A stretch of DNA of 64,000 bases from a candidate division CPR2 bacterium GW2011_GWC2_39_35. Lineage in GTDB: Bacteria; Patescibacteriota; CPR2. The translations under genes were made by a program, and so were the position numbers. The DNA is taken from the NCBI GenBank assembly GCA_000995065.1, contig LBWX01000002.1:159708-223707 (forward strand). The letters run 5' to 3'. Under the pieces are notes generated by a model. It was given only the letters and a program-made list of their open reading frames with translations, made no database searches and was not told where the DNA came from. Of the stretch, positions 18,773-26,973 are shown in pieces (the first letter of the stretch is position 1; each line of letters opens with the position of its first letter).

Positions 18773-19262
18773 TATTAAAAGCCCGTTTGAAGCTTTTATG
18801 CATGATCTTTAGTAGACATGTCTTTATTTAACAAAAGAAAAAAGGTTGCCTTTGCAGACCCGGATGGGGTAAAGCTACACGGCAACCTTTTCATTTGTTC
18901 TCAGCTTATCTGCCTCTTCTTACGGTGAGGTAAACAGCTGGATGTGAGCTGCGATCACGGAGTTCGGGTGGATAGTAATCCACCGTTTGCTTTGAGCGAA
19001 TGTGTGGTTTCTTTGCTTGTTGTTTTTTGATATTGCCGGTTGTCAATGATAGTGTCGTCATGTGATCATCTCCTGGTTCGATTTCTGTCTTTTGGGTGAT
19101 ACTTGTCTTGCTGTAAATTTATCCGGGTCTAACTGAATCGAAGACACTATATCATAAATACCCTTATTTGTCAATGGTTTTTTGGCTCTTTCCCTTTTTT
19201 GAATTTTTGGTAATAAAAAAATCCATTTGTATGGAACTTGAAATCATTTATAAAGTGAATCG

Positions 19263-19295
19263 ATCGCCGTAGGGGTACCGTTGCTACGGCGATCA
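19263..19295. terminator. Hairpin terminator downstream of the 19308..19979 (-) gene
   Basis: GATCGCCGTAG gggtaccgtt GCTACGGCGATC, an 11-bp perfect stem. Confidence 0.45.
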
Positions 19296-19307
19296 TTGTC
19301 TTTCGGC

Positions 19308-19979
19308 TTATTCTGGCTTGGGGAGAAAGACCTCATTAACGTATTTCTTCGCTACCTGTTGTAAATCAGATCTATTCCAGATGGAATCACCAGATAGCTC
19401 TGCACGAAGCGCTCCGCCAAAGAGACGAACTACAGTTTGGATGTCCTCTTCGGACCATTTTCGATCCTTTGGTAATGATGGTCGTGCTGTTTGTGCCGTC
19501 CTGGTCATGTTTTCAAAAATGTTTTTAACATACCAGGCTGTGGTTGGCCTTAAGGCGCCTAGACTTGTCTCAACACTAACCTCATCTTCAGTCCGATATG
19601 CTTTTTCGATGAGGATATCGATGACCTTGTCGTGAATCTGCCGGCGAATATCGTTGGTTAACTCGTCTTGCCCATAATCACCCTCCATATGAATGGTGAT
19701 AGAGCAATCACAGAAATCAATCTCGAATATAGACTCTATTTCGTATATGGCATTTAGGATCTCTGCATTAAGATCACCAACACCTAAAGTGCCGTCAGCA
19801 TCGATCTCTTCGCCAAGCCATTTTCGATAACTATAGAGGGCGTCAATTGGTTCCATGAGAGACCCTTGAAGATAGAACTCTGTCTCTTCGACAGGACCAA
19901 GGCCTAATCCCGAATAACCCTTCATTTTCCTCGTTTCCATTATGATGTTTGGGATATCCATACTGTTATTAGACTTCAC
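19308..19979 (-). CDS. Hypothetical protein (223 aa), no recognisable domain
   Basis: Long ORF with balanced composition, flanked by repeat elements and a large non-coding gap. No motif recognised. Confidence 0.45.
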   Translation of the reverse strand: MKSNNSMDIPNIIMETRKMKGYSGLGLGPVEETEFYLQGSLMEPIDALYSYRKWLGEEIDADGTLGVGDLNAEILNAIYEIESIFEIDFCDCSITIHMEGDYGQDELTNDIRRQIHDKVIDILIEKAYRTEDEVSVETSLGALRPTTAWYVKNIFENMTRTAQTARPSLPKDRKWSEEDIQTVVRLFGGALRAELSGDSIWNRSDLQQVAKKYVNEVFLPKPE

Positions 19980-20098
19980 CGTTTTTCACCTTCTTTCCTT
20001 AAGGTACCCAATATTGTTCTTAAGCCAAAAGAACAATTTATTATATAATAAAAACGATCATAAAGAAATACTTTTATTAGGGACCAAACTCACTTTTC

Positions 20099-20124
20099 CG
20101 TCATCCCCGTGCAGACGGGGAGGC
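20099..20124. repeat. Short GTCATYC-type hairpin element
   Basis: cGTCATCCCCGtgcagaCGGGGAGG has the same GTCAT + palindrome architecture as copies at 26203-26232 and 51193-51238. Confidence 0.4.
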
Positions 20125-20317
20125 ACGATGCTTCATTATCTCTCAAGACTTTCTGGAATTGTCACCCAAGAGTGACCTTATAAACAAAATATATAAAAAG
20201 CCCCGTCTTAAGGGGCTCTTTATACTTTATTCTTAATTCTAGTGAGAGGTAGTTCTCGATTTCACTTCGTTTCACTCGAACAATAAAACCTATTAGCTCA
20301 TTAGGCCATCCGACTAC

Positions 20318-22453
20318 TTACTTTTCATCCTTCTTAAGGGCGGCTTTTCGGGATAAGTTTAGTCGTCCCTGATGGTCGATTTCGGTGAGTTTTACCGGAA
20401 TAACATCGCCAACTTTTAGAACGTCGGAGACTTTTTCTACTCTTTCGGGGGAGATTTGAGAAACGTGAACCAAGCCTTCTTTCCCCGGTAGAATTTCTAC
20501 AAATGCGCCAAAGGCTTCTACTCTTTTTACGGTTCCTTGATAGACGGTACCGATCTCCGGCTCTTTTACAATGCCTTCGATAATCTTGATGGCTTCTTTA
20601 GCGGCTTCGGCTTCGACGGCGGAGATATTGATTTGGCCGGTATCCTGAATATCTATCTCTACACCGGTTTGAGCAATAATTTTATTGATGGTTTCGCCGC
20701 CTTTACCAATAACGTCCTTAATCTTCTCTGGCTTAATTTGGATAGTATAAACTCGCGGGGCATACTTGGAGATTTCTTCACGAGGCTTAAGTATAGCCTC
20801 GGTCATCTTACCAAGAATAAAGAGGCGGCCTTCTTTTGCTTGATTCAATGCTTCTTTTAGAATGTCTGCAGAGACTCCATTAATTTTCATATCCATCTGG
20901 AGTCCGGTAATACCGCTCTCGGTACCGGTAACTTTAAAGTCCATATCGCCTGCAAAGTCCTCTACGTCTCTAATATCCGATAAAACAACATATTTTTCAA
21001 TTTTACCATCTTTCTGCTTAGTCATTAGTCCCATGGCAATACCAGCAACCGGGGATTTAATCGGCACACCAGCGTCCATAAGAGCGAGAGTGGTGCCGCA
21101 GGTTCCGGCCATGGAGGTGGAGCCATTAGAAGATAAAATCTCCGAAACCACCCTAATGGTGTAGGGGAAATCTTCTTGGTCTGGCAAAACAGCCTCTAAA
21201 GATCTTTCGGCAATGTTTCCGTGGCCGATCTCTCGTCTTCCCACGCCTCTTAAGGGTTTGGATTCGCCGACAGAATATGGTGGGAAGTTGTAATGATGCA
21301 TAAATCGCTTTTCGCCCGATTCAAACATGGTGTCAATAATCTGAGCCATGCCCGGACCGGCTAGAGTACATATTGATAGAGCCTGGGTTAATCCTCTCGT
21401 AAATAAAGCCGAACCGTGAGTTCGAGGCAGCAAACCAACTTGCGAGGTAATTTTTCTGATTTCATTTGGCTTTCGGCCGTCCGGTCGTTCGCCTCTCTCA
21501 ATGATTGCTTGTCGAAGCTCCATGTCGATGGCCTTATTAAAGGCTTCGGAGATTTCCGCTTCTTCATAACTGTCTTTTAGGTCTTCAAAAACTTGAGACT
21601 CAAGATCGGCCAAAGCGCCTTCTCTTTGAATTTCGTCAGCATGAATAATATCTTTGCCTAGCTTGCCGTGTAAGAATTTTTCGACTGCCGAAACAGCATC
21701 TTTGCTTACTGTAAACAGCTCAAATTCCTTTGGTTTCTTACCAAGTTCCTTGGCCATTTTTTGTTGAAGTTCGATGGCCGGCTGCATGCCTTTAAGAGCC
21801 ATTGCCATAGCCTCAACCATTTGGTCTTCCGGAATCTCCTTAGCGGCAGATTCAACCATGATGATGCCGTCTTTGGTTCCGGCGACTACCAAATCAAGAG
21901 TTGAGTTTTCCATTTCGGAAATAGTAGGGTTAAGGGCTAACTTGCCGTCTATTATACCGATTCTGGAAGCAGCAATTGGACCTTCGAAAGGGGCGCCAGA
22001 AATAGATAAAGCGGCGGAGGCGGCAATAATACCTAAAAAGTCAGGATCATTCTCCTTATCAAAAGAAAGCGGGGTAACAATTACCTGAACATCATTTCGG
22101 TAGCCTTTGGGAAATAGCGGCCTAATTGGTCTGTCGATAAGGCGGGAAGTTAGAACGGCTTCTTCGGAAGGTCGCCCTTCTCTTTTAATAAAACGGCTTC
22201 CGGAGATTTTTCCGGCCGCGTAAGTTTTGTCTAGAAATTCCACCATTAGGGGGAAATAATCCATGCCTTCTCTGGTTAGGTCAGAGACTACGGCTGTGGC
22301 CATCAGTACGGTGTCGCCGTAGGTTAGCATGACGGCACCGGATGCTTGCATAGCAAAGTTTCCGGTTTCAATAATTAATTTTTTTCCGGCAAGTTCGGTT
22401 TCGAATACCTTATCGCCTTTTACAATAGAGTCCATAAAGTCCTCTCCTTTCAT
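20318..22453 (-). CDS. pnp: Polynucleotide phosphorylase (PNPase)
   Basis: Two RNase PH domains, KH (IKDVIGKGGETINKI) and S1 (GTVYQGTVKRVEAFGAFVEIL) domains. True start is probably the internal MDSIVKG (22435). Confidence 0.9.
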   Translation of the reverse strand: MKGEDFMDSIVKGDKVFETELAGKKLIIETGNFAMQASGAVMLTYGDTVLMATAVVSDLTREGMDYFPLMVEFLDKTYAAGKISGSRFIKREGRPSEEAVLTSRLIDRPIRPLFPKGYRNDVQVIVTPLSFDKENDPDFLGIIAASAALSISGAPFEGPIAASRIGIIDGKLALNPTISEMENSTLDLVVAGTKDGIIMVESAAKEIPEDQMVEAMAMALKGMQPAIELQQKMAKELGKKPKEFELFTVSKDAVSAVEKFLHGKLGKDIIHADEIQREGALADLESQVFEDLKDSYEEAEISEAFNKAIDMELRQAIIERGERPDGRKPNEIRKITSQVGLLPRTHGSALFTRGLTQALSICTLAGPGMAQIIDTMFESGEKRFMHHYNFPPYSVGESKPLRGVGRREIGHGNIAERSLEAVLPDQEDFPYTIRVVSEILSSNGSTSMAGTCGTTLALMDAGVPIKSPVAGIAMGLMTKQKDGKIEKYVVLSDIRDVEDFAGDMDFKVTGTESGITGLQMDMKINGVSADILKEALNQAKEGRLFILGKMTEAILKPREEISKYAPRVYTIQIKPEKIKDVIGKGGETINKIIAQTGVEIDIQDTGQINISAVEAEAAKEAIKIIEGIVKEPEIGTVYQGTVKRVEAFGAFVEILPGKEGLVHVSQISPERVEKVSDVLKVGDVIPVKLTEIDHQGRLNLSRKAALKKDEK

Positions 22454-22576
22454 GTAGGCTGATGGTCTAATAGCGTATGGCCTGGTTTTCTCTATATAGG
22501 CTATTTAGACTATTCGACCATATGGCCATTAGGGGCTAGGACTCAAAACAAGAAGTGAAACTGACAGAATATATGC

Positions 22577-22657
22577 TGTCATCCTGAACTTGATTCAGGA
22601 TCCCTCGCGTTATATGGAGAAGATTCCGGATCAAGTCCGGAATGACATTAATTCCGG
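22577..22657. repeat. MITE-like palindromic element in the rpsO-pnp intergenic region
   Basis: Left arm TGTCATCCTGAACTTGATTCAGGATCC, right arm ATTCCGGATCAAGTCCGGAATGACATT. These are imperfect inverted copies of each other separated by ~20 nt. Confidence 0.55.
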
Positions 22658-22831
22658 TTGATTCTAAAATCAGTTATTCTTCCAGGTTCTGACCCCTAGC
22701 CAAATTATTAATAAACAATAAGCAAAAAACAAAAAACAGTTTTAATTACATTTCTAACATAAACTAAGTCTATTTATGCATGACGAATCTATAATTTCCT
22801 GATTTTTGTTCATTGTTTATTGTTCTTTGTT

Positions 22832-23101
22832 TTATCTTCTTAAGCCAAGATCTTTAATTACGTTATCGTATTTGTCTCGGTTTTTCTTAGACAGATAATC
22901 TAAGAGTCTTCGTCTCTTACCAACCATCTTAAGTAAACCACGTCTTGAGTGTTCGTCCTTCTTGTGAGTTCTTAGGTGGTCAGTCAGCTTTTTTATTTGT
23001 TCTGAGAAAATCGCAATTTGAACTTCTGGGGATCCGGTATCATTGGTTGAAGTCCCAAACTTTTCGACGATCTTTTCTTTGTCTTGTTTTCTTAGTGCCA
23101 T
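22832..23101 (-). CDS. rpsO: 30S ribosomal protein S15
   Basis: [16 protein letters not shown]...[29 protein letters not shown] is canonical S15. The rpsO-pnp order is the classical one. Confidence 0.9.
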   Translation of the reverse strand: MALRKQDKEKIVEKFGTSTNDTGSPEVQIAIFSEQIKKLTDHLRTHKKDEHSRRGLLKMVGKRRRLLDYLSKKNRDKYDNVIKDLGLRR

Positions 23102-23331
23102 AACTTCCTCTTGTTATTACTTTGAACTCATTTTACCATGTTTTCCACAGGATTTCAAGTGGGAGTATACGAAAAATAATTCAAAATTCAAAAATCAAAA
23201 GTCAAAATGACAGATGAAAAATGTAAAAAGGTTAGCAATACAGAGGCTTTTCTTATCATAATTAAGAATATTTGGTATGATATCGATAATATGAAAATCA
23301 AATTATCCCTTTTTTGCATGGTAAAACGGGA

Positions 23332-23360
23332 TTGACGAAAACAAAATAATTTGATAAGAT
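23332..23360 (+). promoter_or_regulatory. Sigma70-like promoter for the UDG gene (TTGACG-17-TAAGAT)
   Basis: TTGACG at 23332-23337, 17-nt spacer, TAAGAT at 23355-23360. Lies ~45 nt upstream of the ATG. Confidence 0.4.
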
Positions 23361-23403
23361 ATAGTCAACTTTTAAACGGACTCCCAATTAACTTAATTTA
23401 TTT

Positions 23404-24048
23404 ATGATTCCAGAATCTCAAATTGAATCTTGTTCCTCATTGGAGGAACTAAATGAGCTTGTAGCAAAATGCACTCGGTGCGATCTCTTTAAGGATGCCA
23501 TAAATCCAGTGCCGGGCGATGGCAACCCAGAGGCAGAAATTGTTTTTATTGGTGAGGGGCCGGGTAAAAAGGAAGATGAGATCGGTAAGCCATTTGTGGG
23601 CGCTGCCGGTAAATTGCTTAAAGAAATGTTAGAGGAAAATGGATATAAAAGGGAAGATGTATTTATCGCAAATGTCGTAAAACACCGCCCGCCAAATAAT
23701 AGAGATCCGCTGCCAAATGAGGTGGAAGCCTGTTTCCCATATTTAAAAAGGCAGCTTCAGCTTATAAATCCAAAACTTATTGTGTTTTTAGGCCGCCACT
23801 CTCTAAACCGCTTTTTCCCAGACCTAAAGATTTCTGAAGTTCATGGTAAGGCTTTTAGAAAAGAGATCCCTTGGCTTGGGCGAAAACAAGTATTCATGGC
23901 CCTTTTTCATCCGGCTGCCGCTTTATATAGAGGCAGTATGAAAGAGACGCTTAAAGCAGATTTCGCGAAACTGCCAAAACTTATCGAAAAAATTAATAAT
24001 GATAATAATGACTCTAAATCAAAAAAAGACCAGCCCGAACTCTTTTAG
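23404..24048 (+). CDS. Uracil-DNA glycosylase, family 4 (Fe-S type)
   Basis: CTRCDL cysteine cluster, then GEGPGKKEDEIGKPFVGAAGKLL (family-4 UDG motif A/B) and HPAAALY near the C-terminus. Confidence 0.8.
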   Translation: MIPESQIESCSSLEELNELVAKCTRCDLFKDAINPVPGDGNPEAEIVFIGEGPGKKEDEIGKPFVGAAGKLLKEMLEENGYKREDVFIANVVKHRPPNNRDPLPNEVEACFPYLKRQLQLINPKLIVFLGRHSLNRFFPDLKISEVHGKAFRKEIPWLGRKQVFMALFHPAAALYRGSMKETLKADFAKLPKLIEKINNDNNDSKSKKDQPELF

Positions 24049-24078
24049 GCGGGTCAAAGAAAGGATTAAAAAGAAAAA

Positions 24079-25872
24079 ATGGAAGAGCAATTAAGTAAAG
24101 AACAAGGTAGAGAGCCACAATCTATACCGCAAAGATCGGCGGTGCCACAAAGACCAGGAAACCCTGGTAAAAGAACACAGCCAAGACAGCAAAGACCAAA
24201 TGATGGCCAAAATTTAAGAATCATTCCCCTTGGCGGAATGGGTGAAATTGGTAAAAACATGTATGTTCTGGAATATGGAAACGATATTTTGGTTATTGAT
24301 GCCGGGTTTATGTTTCCTGAGGCTGATATGCCAGGAGTGGACTATGTTATTCCTGACGTTAAATATTTAGAAGAAAACAAGCATAAAGTAAAAGGATACC
24401 TTATTACACACGCTCACGAAGACCATGTTGGCGCTTTACCATACGTTCTGCCAAAGGTTCCGGCTCCAATTTATGCCCCCAAGCTTACGGCAGCATTAAT
24501 TCAGAACAAATTAAAAGAATTTAAGATCATGGGTCAGCTTGGCATTAGAACCGTTGATCCGGACAAAGATGAAAAGCTTCAATTTGGAGCGCTTCAGGTT
24601 GAGTTTATTAGAATGGTTCATTCTATTCCGGACGCTGTAGCTATTGTAATTCACACCCCCGTTGGAACTGTTATTGCAACTGGCGATTTTAGGTTTGATT
24701 TTACTCCGGTAGACAAGAAGGTTCCAAATATTCACCGCTTAGTAGAGCTTTCCAAAGAAGGTGTTTTGGCACTGCTTTCTGACTCTACCGGCGCCGAATC
24801 GCCAGGTTTTTCGGTAACAGAAAGCGCACTACAAAAAAATTTCGACAACATTTGGACTTCTGCAAGCGGACGTATTGTAGTTGCTTCATTTGCTTCACAG
24901 ATAAACAGAATTCAACAATTTATTAATGCCACCGCGTATTCCGGCCGAAAACTGGCTTTTTCCGGAAGAAGTTTGCTTAATAACGTGGAAGTGGCTGTAA
25001 GGCTTGGTTACTTAAAAATACCTTCCGGTATGATCATTAAAGTTCAGGATATTAATCGTTACCCCGACAATCAAGTAACTATAGTTTCTACCGGATCACA
25101 AGGCGAATCTATGTCGGCTCTTGCAAGAATGGCATCCGGCGATCACAAACAAATCAAGATTAAAAGAGGAGATACCGTTGTTTTCTCTTCTTCCCCTGTC
25201 CCGGGTAACGAAGACAAGATACGAAAGGTTATCGATGACTTGTTTAGACAGGGTGCAGAAGTTGTATACGATGAAAAGGACGATATTAAAACCCACGTTT
25301 CCGGACACCCCAAACAGGAAGAGCTGAAACTAATGCTTTCACTTGTAAAGCCAAAATATTTTATTCCTTATCATGGTGAATATCATCATTTAATTCACCA
25401 CCGCGATATAGCGATAGAAATGAATATCCCCGAAAAAAATATATTCGTGGTTGATAACGGCCAGGTTATAGAGTTTGATGCAAACGGCGCCAGACTAAAC
25501 GGAAAAGTGCCGCATGGCGAGGTCTTAGTTGACGGGCTTGGCGTTGGCGACGTTCAAAACATTGTGCTAAGAGACCGAAATATTATGTCAACTGACGGCA
25601 TTTTTGTGGTTATCGCGACGGTAGATAAGGTTTCCGGACGGCTTCTTACTAGCCCCGATATTATCTCCAGAGGCTTTATCTACATGAGAGAATCTGAACA
25701 GTTGGTAAATAAAGCGCGTCAAGAAGTCCGAAGAATCTTATCCAAAAAAGAAGGTGAGCCGCCGGCAAACTGGATCAATATGAAAAACAAGGTCCGAGAC
25801 GAAATCGGCCAATTCCTCTACAACAACACCAAGAGACAGCCGATGGTGATTCCGGTTATTATAGAAGTGTAG
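24079..25872 (+). CDS. rnj: Ribonuclease J (metallo-beta-lactamase/beta-CASP) with ~45-aa Q/P-rich N-terminal extension
   Basis: IIPLGGMGEIGKNM start of the RNase J core, HAHEDHVGALP zinc motif, beta-CASP and C-terminal domain. Total 597 aa. Confidence 0.85.
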   Translation: MEEQLSKEQGREPQSIPQRSAVPQRPGNPGKRTQPRQQRPNDGQNLRIIPLGGMGEIGKNMYVLEYGNDILVIDAGFMFPEADMPGVDYVIPDVKYLEENKHKVKGYLITHAHEDHVGALPYVLPKVPAPIYAPKLTAALIQNKLKEFKIMGQLGIRTVDPDKDEKLQFGALQVEFIRMVHSIPDAVAIVIHTPVGTVIATGDFRFDFTPVDKKVPNIHRLVELSKEGVLALLSDSTGAESPGFSVTESALQKNFDNIWTSASGRIVVASFASQINRIQQFINATAYSGRKLAFSGRSLLNNVEVAVRLGYLKIPSGMIIKVQDINRYPDNQVTIVSTGSQGESMSALARMASGDHKQIKIKRGDTVVFSSSPVPGNEDKIRKVIDDLFRQGAEVVYDEKDDIKTHVSGHPKQEELKLMLSLVKPKYFIPYHGEYHHLIHHRDIAIEMNIPEKNIFVVDNGQVIEFDANGARLNGKVPHGEVLVDGLGVGDVQNIVLRDRNIMSTDGIFVVIATVDKVSGRLLTSPDIISRGFIYMRESEQLVNKARQEVRRILSKKEGEPPANWINMKNKVRDEIGQFLYNNTKRQPMVIPVIIEV

Positions 25873-26124
25873 GGTAGGTTAATTGGTTAATAGGCTAACG
25901 GGCGAATAGGTTTTTAGATTCCCTCTCCCTTGAGTCGAGAGGGTTAGGGTGAGGGGGCTAAACAATTCAAAGTTCAAAATGCAGCCCTAAATGCCAAGGG
26001 TGTATCAGATACAGATAATGTTTATAAGAACAGAGAGACAATCTTTTTAAGCAAAACCTTGCGAATGCGAGGCAAAATTCAAAAGTTAAGAGGCTCAACT
26101 CACTGGGCCTCTTTTGATTTACCG

Positions 26125-26232
26125 TTATCCCCCAATCGGCTCGAGGGCAGGCTCTGAACTTGATACAGGATCTTCTCCATTTATCACTTCTGCCATCTTG
26201 TCGTCATTCCCGACCCGATCGGGAATCCAGGA
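26125..26232. repeat. Composite palindromic dispersed-repeat copy (GTCATYC-type family)
   Basis: Module atcccccaatcggctcgagggcaggctctgaacttgatacaggatc is homologous to 18232-18280. The terminal hairpin is GTCATTCCCGAcccgaTCGGGAATCCAGG. Confidence 0.5.
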
Positions 26233-26286
26233 TTTTTTTCCCATTAAGTTTGTTTCCTATTTCCTATTTCCTGCTAAAATATATCC

Positions 26287-26934
26287 ATGTTCAAACTTAT
26301 CATTTTTGATTTAGACGGCACTTTAGTGGATAGTACACAGCTTTCGAAGATGACCTATTTTGAAGTTCTTCGTAAAATGGGTTATGACCCGGAACTATAT
26401 TGGGAAACACATCGGAAGTCATCGGGGCTTCCCTATGAGGAGCAATTAAGGCGTGCAAATCCCGAACTGGTAGTTAGAAAAGACGAATACTTGAGACTGT
26501 ATAAAGAGGCGCATAAGACGCTTATTGGAAAGGCGGTCGTAGAATACCCCGGTGTTGACGCCATGCTAAAGTCAATTACAATTCCAAAAGCCATCATGAC
26601 TGCAAAAATCGGTTCTTCGGCGAATGTTATGATAAAGGATATCTTAAAAGTAGACTTCGACTATATCTCGACTCACGAAATGAGACAACACCACAAACCG
26701 AGTCCCGAACCTTTGCTTGAAATCTGTGAGAGATTTAACGTAAAGCCGGAAGAAGCGATTTATGTCGGAGATGGTGTTCACGATGTCGAATGTGCTAAAA
26801 ATGCCGGCGTTGTTTCCGTAGCGGTAGCGTGGGGCAACTACTATACAGCCGAAGAACTCGAAAACTTAAAGCCGGATTTTCTCGTTTATAAGCCGGAGGA
26901 GATCCTAGAGATCCTAAACAGAATTTCTAATTGA
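26287..26934 (+). CDS. HAD-superfamily hydrolase (phosphoglycolate phosphatase/beta-PGM-like subfamily IA)
   Basis: Motif I IFDLDGTLVDS, and motif IV-like VGDGVHDVECAKNAG. Confidence 0.7.
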   Translation: MFKLIIFDLDGTLVDSTQLSKMTYFEVLRKMGYDPELYWETHRKSSGLPYEEQLRRANPELVVRKDEYLRLYKEAHKTLIGKAVVEYPGVDAMLKSITIPKAIMTAKIGSSANVMIKDILKVDFDYISTHEMRQHHKPSPEPLLEICERFNVKPEEAIYVGDGVHDVECAKNAGVVSVAVAWGNYYTAEELENLKPDFLVYKPEEILEILNRISN

Positions 26935-26973
26935 CCTAATTTCTAACCCCTATAAAAACCTATTTAAATAGCT

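Noticed and set aside
19060-19095. tRNA-like T-loop sequence GGTTCGATTTC
   Set aside because: There is no acceptor stem, D-loop (GG..TAG) or anticodon arm that can be drawn around it. It is most likely a chance match within the non-coding gap.
25895-25960. Hairpin CCCTCTCccttgagtcGAGAGGG after rnj as a terminator
   Set aside because: It is not followed by a T-run. It may be another small palindromic element, but has no second copy in the window to support a family call.
26114-26314. 66-aa + strand ORF upstream of the HAD gene
   Set aside because: It is the translation of the composite palindromic repeat (26125-26232) and overlaps the HAD start. It is not a credible gene.
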